32,000 bases of DNA from Cereibacter sphaeroides 2.4.1 (GTDB lineage Bacteria > Pseudomonadota > Alphaproteobacteria > Rhodobacterales > Rhodobacteraceae), in NCBI RefSeq assembly GCF_000012905.2, contig NC_007493.2:2940001-2972000 (forward strand), in the 5' to 3' direction. The number at the start of each line of letters is the position of its first letter. The stretch's first letter is position 1. This document shows, piece by piece, positions 1 through 11,186 of the stretch. A program made the translations under genes and the position numbers. The notes under the pieces were generated by a model, which saw only the letters and a list, made by a program, of their open reading frames with translations, was not told where the DNA came from and did no database searches.

Positions 1-1576
<1,576 letters not shown>

Positions 1577-1690
1577 GTTGTGCACCTCTCTTGCGGCGAT
1601 GTTGTGGGGGTCAGGCCCGACTGTCGGCGTCCGATCCCCGATCCCGAAATTCCTGCCATCCGGGGTGGCGCCCCTTCCGGCTACCGGGCG

Positions 1691-1720
1691 TATATAGGGG
1701 GGGGGATTTGGGGCTGCAAG
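1691..1720 (-). promoter_or_regulatory. Sigma-32 (RpoH)-type heat-shock promoter upstream of dnaK
   Basis: The minus strand reads CTTGCAG-N13-CCCCTATATA, close to the CTTGAAA-N13/14-CCCCATNT heat-shock consensus. It lies ~115 nt upstream of the dnaK ATG. Confidence 0.5.
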
Positions 1721-1749
1721 CGTCACGCGGGCGTGAAAATCATGTCAAA

Positions 1750-1767
1750 GACCGCGGGTCCGCGGTC
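1750..1767 (-). terminator. Hairpin downstream of pip, a putative intrinsic terminator
   Basis: Inverted repeat gaccgcgg/ccgcggtc. On the minus strand it is followed by tctttgacatgatttt, and it sits 22 nt after the pip stop. Confidence 0.4.
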
Positions 1768-1788
1768 CCTCCGCAGGCTGCGGCCTCG

Positions 1789-2754
1789 TCAGGGAAGCGT
1801 GTCCATCACGCGGACGAGTTCGGCGCTGATGCCGGGTTCCGAGAGCGCGTGGCCCGCGAACGGCACGATCCTGAGATCCGCCTTCTCCCACCCGTCGGCC
1901 AGCGTCCAGGCGGAGACCGGCGGGCAGATCATGTCGTAGCGCCCCTGCACGATCACCGCCGGGATATGCTCGATCCGGTGGCGGTTGGCGAGGATCCAGC
2001 CGTCGTGCTCGAGGAAGCCTGCGTGGGAGAAATAGTGGTTCTCGAGCCGGGCGAAGGCGCGGGCATATTCCGACGGGCTCTCGCCCAGCGGCCCGTCCTG
2101 CGCGACCGAGGCCAGCGCATTCTCCCAGTTGGCCCAGGTGCGGCCGAAACGCGTCTCTTCCATCAGGTTTCCCGAGAAGAGCCGCCGCCGATAGGCCGCG
2201 ACGAGATCGCCCCGCTCCTCCGGCGGGACGGGGGCCACGAACCGGGCCCAGATGTCGGGGAAGAAGGCCGCCGCTCCGCCGCCGTAGAACCAGTCGAGCT
2301 CGGCCTTGGTCATCAGGAAGACGCCGCGCAGGATCAGGTTCGACACCCGCTCGGGGTGCGAGATCGCATAGATCAGCGCAAGCGTCGCCCCCCAGCTGCC
2401 GCCGAAGCAGGTCCAGCGGTCGATGCCGAGCTTCCGGCGGATCGCCTCGATGTCCGAGACGAGGTGCCAGGTCGTGTTCGCCTCGACCGAGGCATGGGGC
2501 CGCGACCGGCCGCAGCCGCGCTGGTCGAACAGGATCACGCGGTAGCGGCTCGGGTCGAAATAGCGCCGCATCGAGGGGCTGCATCCGCCCCCGGGGCCGC
2601 CATGCAGCACCAGCACCGGCTCGCCGTCCGGGTCGCCGCATTGCTCGACATAGATCCGATGGCCGTCGCCCATGTCGATGACCCGCTGATCGTAGGGATC
2701 GATCGACGGATAGAGGAACTCGACTGCGCGCTTTTGGCCTGATCTTTGATCCAT
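1789..2754 (-). CDS. pip: Prolyl aminopeptidase (proline iminopeptidase), alpha/beta hydrolase
   Basis: The translation contains [16 protein letters not shown] and the nucleophile elbow [11 protein letters not shown] chose the start at [23 protein letters not shown] (ATG 2754) rather than the longer ORF start at 2904, because the extension overlaps ubiG and its promoter region. Confidence 0.9.
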   Translation of the reverse strand: MDQRSGQKRAVEFLYPSIDPYDQRVIDMGDGHRIYVEQCGDPDGEPVLVLHGGPGGGCSPSMRRYFDPSRYRVILFDQRGCGRSRPHASVEANTTWHLVSDIEAIRRKLGIDRWTCFGGSWGATLALIYAISHPERVSNLILRGVFLMTKAELDWFYGGGAAAFFPDIWARFVAPVPPEERGDLVAAYRRRLFSGNLMEETRFGRTWANWENALASVAQDGPLGESPSEYARAFARLENHYFSHAGFLEHDGWILANRHRIEHIPAVIVQGRYDMICPPVSAWTLADGWEKADLRIVPFAGHALSEPGISAELVRVMDTLP

Positions 2755-2815
2755 GTTCGTCCTATATAACGCCGCCAGCCTGATCCGCCATCGGGGAAAC
2801 CGCAAGGAGTTTGCA

Positions 2816-3559
2816 ATGGAATCGTCCAGCACCATCGACCCGGCCGAGGTTGCCAAGTTCGAGGCCATGGCAGCCGAATGGTGGAACCCGCACGGGAAAT
2901 TCAAGCCGCTGCACCAGATGAACCCCTGCCGGCTGGATTACATCACCCAGCAGATCGCCGCCGAGTTCGACCGCGACCTCTCCGCCCCCCTGCCCTTCGA
3001 GGGGCTGCGGCTCCTCGACATCGGCTGCGGCGGCGGGCTTCTGTCCGAGCCGATGGCGCGTCTGGGGGCCGAAGTGATCGGCGCCGACGCCGCACCGCGC
3101 AACATTCCGGTGGCAAAGCTCCATGCCGAGCAGTCGGGCCTCACCATCGACTATCGCAACACGACGGCCGAGGCCCTCGCCGCCGCGGGCGAACGGTTCG
3201 ACGTGGTGCTGAACATGGAGGTGGTCGAGCATGTGGCCGATCCGCTGACCTATCTGACGGCCTGCCGCGAGCTTCTGAAGCCGGGCGGCCTGATGATCTG
3301 CTCGACGCTGAACCGCAATCCCAAGAGCTTCGCCATGGCCATCGTGGGCGCCGAATGGGTGATGCGCTGGCTGCCCAAGGGCACGCACGACTGGTCGAAA
3401 TTCATCACGCCCGACGAGCTTTACGATCTGATCCGCAAGGCGGGCCTCGATCCGGTCGACCGCAAGGGCATGGTGTTCAATCCGGTCAGCTGGAGCTGGA
3501 GCCTGTCTGCCCGCGACCTGTCGGTGAACTACGTTACCGCGAGCGTGCGGCGCAGCTGA
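2816..3559 (+). CDS. ubiG: Ubiquinone biosynthesis O-methyltransferase UbiG
   Basis: [43 protein letters not shown] is a typical UbiG N-terminus. SAM motif I is LLDIGCGGG. An AAGGAG ribosome-binding site lies 6 nt upstream of the ATG at 2816. Confidence 0.9.
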   Translation: MESSSTIDPAEVAKFEAMAAEWWNPHGKFKPLHQMNPCRLDYITQQIAAEFDRDLSAPLPFEGLRLLDIGCGGGLLSEPMARLGAEVIGADAAPRNIPVAKLHAEQSGLTIDYRNTTAEALAAAGERFDVVLNMEVVEHVADPLTYLTACRELLKPGGLMICSTLNRNPKSFAMAIVGAEWVMRWLPKGTHDWSKFITPDELYDLIRKAGLDPVDRKGMVFNPVSWSWSLSARDLSVNYVTASVRRS

Positions 3560-3565
3560 CAGGAA

Positions 3566-3588
3566 AAGGCCGCCCCGGGGGCGGCCTT
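3566..3588. terminator. GC-rich hairpin between the convergent genes ubiG and xylA
   Basis: aaggccgcccc / ggggcggcctt inverted repeat, flanked by A-run and T-containing sequence. It lies in the 45-nt gap between the two stop codons. Confidence 0.5.
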
Positions 3589-3604
3589 CGCTTCCGGTCC
3601 TGTC

Positions 3605-4906
3605 TCAGACGAAGCGGTTCCAGAGGTTTTCCAGCCGCTCCTGCCGGCCCGAGCGCGGCTCGGGGTTGATCCCCTCGGCCAGCACGCGGGCCTCGATCTT
3701 CTCCAGCGAAGAGGCGAGCATCGCCTGCGCCTCGGGCGTCTCCCAGCCCGCATAGCGCGCGGCGCGCGCGGTCTCGAGGCTTCCGTCCTCATAGAGCCGC
3801 GCCGCGGCCTTCAGCGCACGGGCGCAGGTGTCCATGCCACCCACATGGGCCAGCACGAGATCCTCGGGATCGAGGCTCTGGCGGCGGATCTTCGCGTCGA
3901 AGTTCGTGCCGCCCGTGGTGAAGCCGCCCGCCCGCAGGATCTCGTAATAGGCCAAGGCCATCTCGGGGTGGTTGTGCGGGAACTGATCGGTATCCCAGCC
4001 CGACTGATAGTCGTTCCGGTTCATGTCGATCGAGCCGAGGATGCCGAGGCTCGCCGCCAGCGCCAGCTCGTGCTCGAAACTGTGGCCGGCGAGGATCGCG
4101 TGGCCCTGCTCGATGTTGAGCTTCACCTCCTTCTCGAGGCCGAAACGCTTGAGGAAGCCGTAGACCGTCGCCACGTCATAGTCGTACTGGTGCTTCGAGG
4201 GCTCCTGCGGCTTCGGCTCGATCAGGATCGTGCCCTGGAAACCGATCTTGTGCTTGTAATCCACCACCATCTGAAGGAAGCGGCCCGCATTCTCGGCCTC
4301 GCGGGTGAGGTCGGTGTTGAGCAGCGTCTCGTAGCCCTCGCGCCCGCCCCAGAGCACATAGTTCGCGCCGCCGAGCTTCATCGTCGCGTCCATGCAGCCC
4401 TTCACCGTGGCCGCCGACCAGGCGAAGACGTCGGGGTCGGGGTTGGTGGCCGCGCCCGACATGAAGCGGCGGTGCGAGAAGAGGTTCGCCGTGCCCCAGA
4501 GGAGCTTCGTCTTCGACCCTTCCATCCTGATGCCGATATGGTCGACGATCTCCTCGAGGTTGCGCTTGCTTTCGGCGAAGGTCGCGCCTTCCGGGCGGAT
4601 GTCGGCATCGTGGAAGCAGAAGAAGGGCGCGCCGAGGATGTCGAACATCTCGAAGGCCACGTCGGCCTTGAGCTTTGCGAGGTCCAGCGTATCGCCGAAC
4701 CACGGCCGGTCGAAGGTCTGGCCGCCGAACGGATCGCCGCCCGGCCAGGCGAAGCTGTGCCACCAGGCGACCGCGAAGCGCAGATGGTCTTCCATCCGCT
4801 TGCCGAGGATCACCTCGTCGGGATTGTAGTGGCGGAAGGCGAATTCGTTGGAGGAGCCTTCGCCCTCGTAGCGGATCTGCGGGATACCCGCGAAGAAGTC
4901 GGTCAT
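3605..4906 (-). CDS. xylA: Xylose isomerase
   Basis: [52 protein letters not shown]..., 433 aa. The ATG at 4906 overlaps the xylB stop (ATGA). The 817-aa track ORF is an upstream read-through extension. Confidence 0.95.
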   Translation of the reverse strand: MTDFFAGIPQIRYEGEGSSNEFAFRHYNPDEVILGKRMEDHLRFAVAWWHSFAWPGGDPFGGQTFDRPWFGDTLDLAKLKADVAFEMFDILGAPFFCFHDADIRPEGATFAESKRNLEEIVDHIGIRMEGSKTKLLWGTANLFSHRRFMSGAATNPDPDVFAWSAATVKGCMDATMKLGGANYVLWGGREGYETLLNTDLTREAENAGRFLQMVVDYKHKIGFQGTILIEPKPQEPSKHQYDYDVATVYGFLKRFGLEKEVKLNIEQGHAILAGHSFEHELALAASLGILGSIDMNRNDYQSGWDTDQFPHNHPEMALAYYEILRAGGFTTGGTNFDAKIRRQSLDPEDLVLAHVGGMDTCARALKAAARLYEDGSLETARAARYAGWETPEAQAMLASSLEKIEARVLAEGINPEPRSGRQERLENLWNRFV

Positions 4907-6339
4907 GAAAGGCTCCTGATGGCTGTCTGGGCGGCGCGATGGCGCGCGTGGGCGTCGTCGAAGGCGGCGGTCAGGCCGCGGTCGGGCGAGAGGGTCCGGG
5001 CGATGGGCGGCAGGGTCGCGATCTCGGCCCCGGCTCCGGTGGCGGCCATGAGCGCAAGCCGCGCGGCTCCGAAGGCGCCGCCGAAATCGCCTGCCGCGGG
5101 CAATAGAACCGGCACGTCGAGCGCGGTGGCGATGGCCGAGAGCCAGTAGTCCGAGCGCGAGCCGCCGCCCACGGCGATCAGGCTCTCGAGCCGGGTGCCG
5201 GTGGCGGCCAGCGCGTCGCGGCAGTCGCGGATGGCGAAGGTCACGCCCTCGAGCACGGCGCGGGTGCCCGCCGCCCGGTCGGTCGCATGTTCGAGCCCCG
5301 TGAAGGCGCCCCGGATCGCGGCATCGTTGAGCGGCGTCCGCTCGCCGCCGAGATAGGGCAGGAACAGGGTCCGGCCGGGGGCCTGAAGGCCGCCCAGTTC
5401 CTTCGTCAGGGCCGAGGCTTCCTGTCCCACGAGGCGCGCATACCAGTTGAGCGCGTCGGTCGCGGCGAGGATCACCCCCATCTGGTGCCAGGCGCCGGGC
5501 AGCGCGTGGCAGAAGGTATGGACCGCGGTCTCGGGCGCGGGCTGGTAGCCGTCGTTGGCGGCAAAGAGCACGCCCGAGGTGCCGAGGCTGACGAAAGCCT
5601 CGCCCGCGCGCACGACGCCCACCCCCACCGCCGAGGCGGCATTGTCGCCGCCCCCGCCCGCGACCGCCACGCCCTGGGGCAACCCCCAGCGGGCGGCCAG
5701 CGCGGGCCGCAGCGCACCCGAGACGGCCGAGCCCTCCACCAGCCGCGGCATCGCATCGCGCGTGAGGCCGGTCGCGGCGAGGAGCGCGTCCGACCAGTCG
5801 CGTGCGCCCACGTCGAGCCAGCTCGTCCCGGCCGCGTCCGACATCTCGGCCACATGCTCGCCGGTCAGCCAGAGCCGCAGATAGTCCTTGGGCAGAAGCA
5901 CCTTGGCCACCCGCTCGCGGATCGCCGGCTCGTGCCGCTCGACCCAGACGAGCTTCGGCGCCGTGAAGCCCGGAAAGACGATGTTGCCCGTGACGGCCCG
6001 GAAGCGCGGGTCGGCGTCGAGCGCCGCCGCCTCGGCATGGCTGCGGGTGTCGTTCCACAGGATGCAGGGGCGGAGCACCTCGTCCGAGGCATCGAGCAGG
6101 GTCGCGCCATGCATCTGGCCCGAGAGGCCGATGCCCTTCACGTCCGAGAGCCCATGGGCTGCCAGCTGATCCATCACCGCCTCGGCGGCGGCGATCCAGT
6201 CGGCGGGCGACTGTTCGGACCAGCCCTTGTGCGGACGGCTCACGGCGAGCGGCGCCACCGCTTCGGCGAGGACGCGCTGCTCCTCGTCGATGAGGATGCC
6301 CTTGAGCCCCGAGGTGCCGAGATCGAGACCGATATACAT
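4903..6339 (-). CDS. xylB: Xylulokinase (FGGY family)
   Basis: [21 protein letters not shown]... is an FGGY kinase N-terminus, and the protein is 478 aa. Its start overlaps the xylG stop (TGATG at 6337..6341). Confidence 0.92.
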   Translation of the reverse strand: MYIGLDLGTSGLKGILIDEEQRVLAEAVAPLAVSRPHKGWSEQSPADWIAAAEAVMDQLAAHGLSDVKGIGLSGQMHGATLLDASDEVLRPCILWNDTRSHAEAAALDADPRFRAVTGNIVFPGFTAPKLVWVERHEPAIRERVAKVLLPKDYLRLWLTGEHVAEMSDAAGTSWLDVGARDWSDALLAATGLTRDAMPRLVEGSAVSGALRPALAARWGLPQGVAVAGGGGDNAASAVGVGVVRAGEAFVSLGTSGVLFAANDGYQPAPETAVHTFCHALPGAWHQMGVILAATDALNWYARLVGQEASALTKELGGLQAPGRTLFLPYLGGERTPLNDAAIRGAFTGLEHATDRAAGTRAVLEGVTFAIRDCRDALAATGTRLESLIAVGGGSRSDYWLSAIATALDVPVLLPAAGDFGGAFGAARLALMAATGAGAEIATLPPIARTLSPDRGLTAAFDDAHARHRAAQTAIRSLS

Positions 6340-7121
6340 CAGACAGCTCCCGCCCGTTCGGGCTTCTTGCCGAGGATGATCATGCCGAGGATCTCGTCCT
6401 CGGTGACATCGCCCACCTGTTCGGAGCCGACCAGCACCCCGTTCTTCATCACCGAGATGCGGTCGCAGAGATCCATCACGTCATGGATGTCGTGGCTGAT
6501 GAGGAAGATGCCGAGGCCCTGCCGCTTCAGCTCCTGGATCAGCTCGCCCACCATCCGCGTCTCCTGCGGGCCCAGCGCCGCGGTGGGCTCGTCCATGATG
6601 AGGATTTTGGCATTGAAATAGACCGCCCGTGCGATAGCGACCGACTGGCGCTGGCCGCCGGAGAGTGCCGCGACCGGCACCTTGAACTTGCGGAAGTTCG
6701 GGTTGAGCCGCCCCATGATGCGGCGCGTCTCGGCCTCCATCCGCGCATCGTCGACGAAGCCCAGCGGCGTGACCAGCTCGCGCCCGAGGAACAGGTTCGA
6801 GGCGGCATCGAGATTGTCCGCCAGCGCGAGCGTCTGGTAGATCGTCTCGATATTGTAGCGGCGGGCGTCGCGCGGGTTGTGGATCTCGGCCTTCTCGCCG
6901 TTGATGCGGATCTCGCCCGAGTCCATCCGGTAGGCGCCCGAAAGGCATTTGATGAGGGTGGATTTTCCCGCGCCGTTGTGGCCGAGCAGACCCATCACCT
7001 CGCCCGCATGGAGGTCGAGCGAGACGTGATCCACCGCGCGGATGCCGCCGAAGCTGATCGAGACGTCGCGCATCTCCACCAGCGGCGTGGCGCCGGCGGC
7101 GCGGTTCGGGTTGAGCGTCAT
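6339..7121 (-). CDS. xylG: Sugar (xylose) ABC transporter ATP-binding protein, single-cassette form
   Basis: Walker [10 protein letters not shown], signature LSGGQRQ and Walker B ILIMDEPT are present. It sits between the permease gene and xylB, and its ATG overlaps the xylH stop (ATGA at 7118..7121). Confidence 0.85.
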   Translation of the reverse strand: MTLNPNRAAGATPLVEMRDVSISFGGIRAVDHVSLDLHAGEVMGLLGHNGAGKSTLIKCLSGAYRMDSGEIRINGEKAEIHNPRDARRYNIETIYQTLALADNLDAASNLFLGRELVTPLGFVDDARMEAETRRIMGRLNPNFRKFKVPVAALSGGQRQSVAIARAVYFNAKILIMDEPTAALGPQETRMVGELIQELKRQGLGIFLISHDIHDVMDLCDRISVMKNGVLVGSEQVGDVTEDEILGMIILGKKPERAGAV

Positions 7122-8416
7122 TTGAAGCCTCCGGTCCGCTTGCGGTAGATGATGTCGATCAGCACGGCGAGGACGAGGACCGAGCCCACGACGATGTTCT
7201 GGAACGGCGCATCCACCCCCACCATCGCCATCCCGGACTGGAGCGACTGCATGATGATCGCGCCGAGGATCGCGCCGTAGATCGTGCCCATCCCGCCCGA
7301 GAGCGCGGTGCCGCCGATCACGGCCGCGGCGATCACGCGCAGCTCGTCGAGCGTGCCGATGTCGTTGGCGTGGTTGGTCAGGCGCGCCGAGGCCACCACC
7401 GCCGAGAGCGCGCAGAGCCCGCCCAGCAGCGCGAAGATCTTGACCGTCAGGAGCCGCGTGTTGATGCCCGACAGCTCGGCCGCATCCGGGTTGCCGCCGG
7501 TGGCGAAGATGTAGCGCCCGAAGCGGGTGCGCTTGGCGATGACGGTCATGGCGATGGCGACCGCCACCAGCAGAAGAACCGAGATCGGCAGGCCGTAGCC
7601 CGTCGTATAGCCCTCGGGCAGAGTCTCGCCGCGGGCCTCGAACAGGCGGCGCAGGCGCGCGGCCGGCACTTCGTAGGCATTGACGATGGCGATGAAGCCC
7701 AGGATTGCGGCCGAAAGGACGCCGCCCATCACGAGCTCGGCCCAGACCGGCTTGACGGCGAAGCCGTGCGACTGCTTGGCCCGCCGCGCGCTCCAGAGCC
7801 CCCAGAGCGCCGCGGCCGTGCCCACGCCGCCGAGGATCCAGGACCAGAAGGGGCCGATGGTGCCGTTGATCCCGCCGAAGAGCTGGAAGGTCTGGTCGAG
7901 CGGGCCGATGGTCTGGCCCGAGGTCAGATACCAGGCCACGTTGCGCCAGATGAGCAGCCCCCCCAGCGTCACGATGAAGGAGGGGATGCCGAGATAGCCG
8001 ATCAGCCAGCCGTTGAAGGCGCCGATCGCCACGCCCACGACGAGGCCGGAGGCGATCGCCACCGGGGCGATGAGCGGGCTGCCGAAGTCGATGCCCATCA
8101 TCTGCGGCAGCACCACCACCTGCATCATGCCCATGACGGCCGAGCAGAGCGCAAGCAGCGAGCCCACCGACAGGTCGATGTGGCGCGTGACGATCACGAA
8201 GACCATCCCCGTCGCCATGATCGCGACCGAGACGGTCTGGATCGCGAGGGTGAAGATGTTGCGGGGGGTCAGGAACCGCCCGTCGGTCTGGAAATGGAAC
8301 ACGAGACAGAGCACGACGAAGGCACCGATCATGCCCAGAAGGCGGGTGTCGATCTCGAGGGTCTCGATGAAACTGCGCTTGCGGGCGGCGCCCGGCGCAT
8401 TGGCGGTATCGCTCAT
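7118..8416 (-). CDS. xylH: Sugar (xylose) ABC transporter permease
   Basis: A polytopic hydrophobic protein of the ribose/xylose permease type. I prefer the ATG at 8416 ([16 protein letters not shown], with AGGA upstream) over the GTG at 8443, so the start is uncertain by 9 codons. Confidence 0.83.
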   Translation of the reverse strand: MSDTANAPGAARKRSFIETLEIDTRLLGMIGAFVVLCLVFHFQTDGRFLTPRNIFTLAIQTVSVAIMATGMVFVIVTRHIDLSVGSLLALCSAVMGMMQVVVLPQMMGIDFGSPLIAPVAIASGLVVGVAIGAFNGWLIGYLGIPSFIVTLGGLLIWRNVAWYLTSGQTIGPLDQTFQLFGGINGTIGPFWSWILGGVGTAAALWGLWSARRAKQSHGFAVKPVWAELVMGGVLSAAILGFIAIVNAYEVPAARLRRLFEARGETLPEGYTTGYGLPISVLLLVAVAIAMTVIAKRTRFGRYIFATGGNPDAAELSGINTRLLTVKIFALLGGLCALSAVVASARLTNHANDIGTLDELRVIAAAVIGGTALSGGMGTIYGAILGAIIMQSLQSGMAMVGVDAPFQNIVVGSVLVLAVLIDIIYRKRTGGFK

Positions 8417-8503
8417 GGGGGCTCGTCCTGCTGGGCCGGTCACGGCCGGCGGTCAGGGGCGCCCCGGCCTATGGGGCGCCCGATCATGCGATCCGGTGGC
8501 GGA

Positions 8504-9529
8504 TCAGTTGCAGGGGGCCGGGCCGTTCGAGACGCCCTGGCAGAGCGCGTCCTTCCCGATCCAGCCCGCATCCACGACGACCGAGAGGTTGTCCTTGGTG
8601 ATGGCGATGGGCTCGAGGAACACGGCGTTCATCTCGGTGCCCTTGGGCGAGGTCCATTTCTGGGCGCCCTCGACGCCTTCCATCTCGGTGCCCTTGGCCA
8701 TCGCCACGGCGATCTCGGCGGCGGCCTTGCCCAGCTCGCGCGAGTCCTTCCAGACCGAGACGGTCTGCGTGCCCTTGGCGATCCGGTTCAGCGCCGCATG
8801 GTCGCCGTCCTGACCCGAAACCGGGATGCCCTGCATCCCCTGCGCCGTCAGCGCGGCGATGGCGCCGCCCGCGGTGCCGTCGTTCGAGGCCACGACCGCA
8901 TCGACCTTGTTGTCGTTGGCGGTCAGGATCTGCTCCATGTTCCGCTGGGCGTTGGCGGGCAGCCAGCTGTCGGTATAGGCCTCGCCCACGATGGTGATGT
9001 CGCCCGCGTCGATGGCCTTCTGCAGCACCTCCTGCTGGCCGCCGCGCAGGAAGTCGGCGTTCGGGTCGGCGGCATTGCCCTTGATCATGACATAATTGCC
9101 CTTCGGCGCCTGCTCGAACACGGCGCGGGCCTGCATGCGGCCCACCTCGACGTTGTCGAAGGTCAGGTAGAAGGCGCGGTTGTCCTCGATCAGCCGGTCA
9201 TAGGCTACGACCGGAATGCCCTCGTCGGCGGCCGCCTGCACGGCCGGGCCGATGGCGTCGGCATCCTGCGCCAGGATGATGAGCGCATCGACGCCCTGCG
9301 AGATCAGGGCCTCGACGTCGGACAACTGCTTGGCCGAGGAGGATTGCGCGTCGGCCGAGACATAGGTGGCGCCCGCCGCTTCGAGGGCCTCCTTGATCGC
9401 AGCCTCGTCGGTCTTCCAGCGTTCTTCCTGAAAGTTCGACCAGCTGACGCCGACCGTCAGATCCTGGGCGAGCGCGGCAGAGGAAAAGCCGGCCGTGGCG
9501 ACCACGGCGGCCAAAAGGGCCTTATGCAT
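8504..9529 (-). CDS. xylF: Periplasmic sugar (D-xylose)-binding protein
   Basis: Signal peptide MHKALLAAVVATAGFSSAALA, followed by a periplasmic-binding-protein type I fold sequence (VGVSWSNFQEERWKTDE...). A GGAGG site lies upstream of the ATG at 9529. It is the first gene of the xyl operon. Confidence 0.87.
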   Translation of the reverse strand: MHKALLAAVVATAGFSSAALAQDLTVGVSWSNFQEERWKTDEAAIKEALEAAGATYVSADAQSSSAKQLSDVEALISQGVDALIILAQDADAIGPAVQAAADEGIPVVAYDRLIEDNRAFYLTFDNVEVGRMQARAVFEQAPKGNYVMIKGNAADPNADFLRGGQQEVLQKAIDAGDITIVGEAYTDSWLPANAQRNMEQILTANDNKVDAVVASNDGTAGGAIAALTAQGMQGIPVSGQDGDHAALNRIAKGTQTVSVWKDSRELGKAAAEIAVAMAKGTEMEGVEGAQKWTSPKGTEMNAVFLEPIAITKDNLSVVVDAGWIGKDALCQGVSNGPAPCN

Positions 9530-9720
9530 TGTGAACCTCCCTGGTGCGGCGGAATCGCCGCCACGCCCACAGGATTGGCGCGAATAATTTCAGTTGTCAA
9601 AGTAAAGTTGAACGATCAATCTGAGGCCTACGGTCGAAAGCCGCGCATCCCGCCTGACATCAGCCACTTGAGGCTGAAATGCCGAGGATCTGCGAGATCA
9701 TTATTTTGGACAGGAAATAA
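9530..9720. promoter_or_regulatory. Divergent promoter/operator region between xylF and the ROK regulator
   Basis: This is the most AT-rich intergenic segment in this part of the window. It contains the near-palindrome TTGAACGATCAA (9608..9619) and the inverted repeat TTATTT-N8-AAATAA (9701..9720), which abuts the regulator ATG. Confidence 0.4.
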
Positions 9721-10998
9721 ATGCGCCGGCAGGTCCGCAAGCGGTCCGCCCCCGACCCCACGGTCGGATGCGGTCCCCTGATTCCCCCGCTCGTCGAGAG
9801 CGCCCGCCCCCTGCGCCAGCAGGTGTTCGAGCGGGTGCGGGCGGCGGGCCTCACGGCACGGGTGCAGGTGGCCCGCGATCTGAGCGTGAGCCCCGCCTCG
9901 GTCACCACCATCGTCTCGGAACTGATCGAGGCGGGTCTCATCGAGGAAGTGGCCACCCGCCGCGAGGGCGAGAGCGGCCGCGGCCGGCCGGTGGTGGCGC
10001 TCGGCGTGCGGGCCGCGGCGCATCGCGTCGTCGGGCTGAAGATCTCGGATCGCGACCTGTCGGCGGTGGTGATGGATTTCGCGGGGCATCTGCTGGCCGA
10101 GCATCATGAGGAGCGCAGCCCCGCGGCCCTGCCGCCCGACCGGATCCTGAGCCTGATCGAGACGCTGCTCGACCGCGTGACCACCAAGGCGGGCCTGACC
10201 CGGCAGGAGCTGTCGGCGGTGGGAATCGGGCTGCCGGGCTATGTCGACAGCGCGGGCGGGCGGGTGCTCTGGTCCTCGATCCTGTCCGAGCGCAATGTGC
10301 CGCTCGGCCGGCTCGTGACCGAGCGGCTCGGCCTGCCGGCCCAGATCGACAACGATGCCAATCTCTGCGCCATGGCCGAGCTGTGGTTCGGCGCGGGGCG
10401 GCGGCTGTCGGATTTCGTCGTCGTCACCATCGAGCATGGGCTCGGCATGGGCATGGTCACGAACCACCGGATCTTCCGCGGCGCGCGCGGCATCGGGATG
10501 GAGCTCGGCCACACCAAGGTGCAGCTCGACGGCGCGCTCTGCCGCTGCGGCCAGCGCGGGTGCCTCGAGGCCTATGTGGCGGATTACGCGCTGGCCCGCG
10601 AAGCGACGACCGCCCTCAACTGGACCCACCGGCAGACACAGTCCACGGCCGTGCTGCTCGAGAGCCTGCATGACCATGCGAAGGCCGGCAATCAGGCCGC
10701 CCGGTCGATCTTCCGCCGCGCGGGGCGTTATCTGGCCGTGGGGCTGGCCAATGTGGTCAATCTCGTCGATCCGCCGCTTCTCATCCTCGCGGGGGCGCGG
10801 CTGCGTTTCGATTACCTCTATGCCGAGGAGACGCTGGCCGAGATGAACGCTCTCGTGCTGGAAACCGGGCGGCCGCTGCCCGAGATCGAGATACACGCCT
10901 GGGGAGAGATGCTGTGGGCGCATGGTGCGGCGGCTCTGGCCCTGTCGGCCTTGGGCGAAAGGCTGCTCGCGCTGCCGCGGGAGGGGGTCGCGCAATAG
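9721..10998 (+). CDS. ROK-family transcriptional regulator, the likely xylose-operon repressor
   Basis: N-terminal winged helix (RQQVFERVRAAGLTARVQVARDLSVSPASVTTIVSELIEAGLIEE), then a ROK sugar-kinase-like domain with the zinc motif GHTKVQLDGALCRCGQRGCLEAY. It is divergent from xylFHGBA. Confidence 0.85.
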   Translation: MRRQVRKRSAPDPTVGCGPLIPPLVESARPLRQQVFERVRAAGLTARVQVARDLSVSPASVTTIVSELIEAGLIEEVATRREGESGRGRPVVALGVRAAAHRVVGLKISDRDLSAVVMDFAGHLLAEHHEERSPAALPPDRILSLIETLLDRVTTKAGLTRQELSAVGIGLPGYVDSAGGRVLWSSILSERNVPLGRLVTERLGLPAQIDNDANLCAMAELWFGAGRRLSDFVVVTIEHGLGMGMVTNHRIFRGARGIGMELGHTKVQLDGALCRCGQRGCLEAYVADYALAREATTALNWTHRQTQSTAVLLESLHDHAKAGNQAARSIFRRAGRYLAVGLANVVNLVDPPLLILAGARLRFDYLYAEETLAEMNALVLETGRPLPEIEIHAWGEMLWAHGAAALALSALGERLLALPREGVAQ

Positions 10999-11186
10999 TT
11001 GGACGTGGCCGTTGCGCCACATGAGGATTCGCGCAGAAGTGGGTGAAACCCCGGAACTTCCGGCGGAATTAGGGCATTGGTGCCGTTGGGGCATTCCGTT
11101 GCGACCGGACGGAATGGGTTCTGTCGGTTGCCGCATGGTGTTCCGCCTGCAATAGTTTCAGCAGATGCCTAATTTCGGGGGAATGC

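Noticed and set aside
3605-6058. 817-aa ORF suggesting a giant xylose isomerase fusion
   Set aside because: The N-terminal ~384 aa are an out-of-frame read-through across xylB (Arg/Gly/Pro-rich). Recognisable XylA sequence starts at [10 protein letters not shown] (ATG 4906), giving the normal 433-aa size.
7370-9781. 803-aa plus-strand ORF antisense to xylH and xylF. Similar antisense ORFs occur at 503..1939, 1591..2742, 3845..5149, 5287..6621, 9628..11136, 26912..27937 and 27708..28934.
   Set aside because: All lie opposite genes with strong family-level evidence, and all have His/Arg/Asp/Gly-rich repetitive translations. They are GC3-driven artefacts.
10992-11157. 9-bp direct repeat GCAATAGTT at 10992..11000 and 11149..11157 flanking the ROK-tamA intergenic region, with a hairpin cattccgt/acggaatg at 11092..11116. 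I considered a miniature inserted element.
   Set aside because: A 9-mer recurring within ~200 bp is expected many times by chance in 32 kb. No terminal inverted repeats, target-site logic or coding capacity is present. The hairpin is adequately explained as a weak terminator after the regulator gene.
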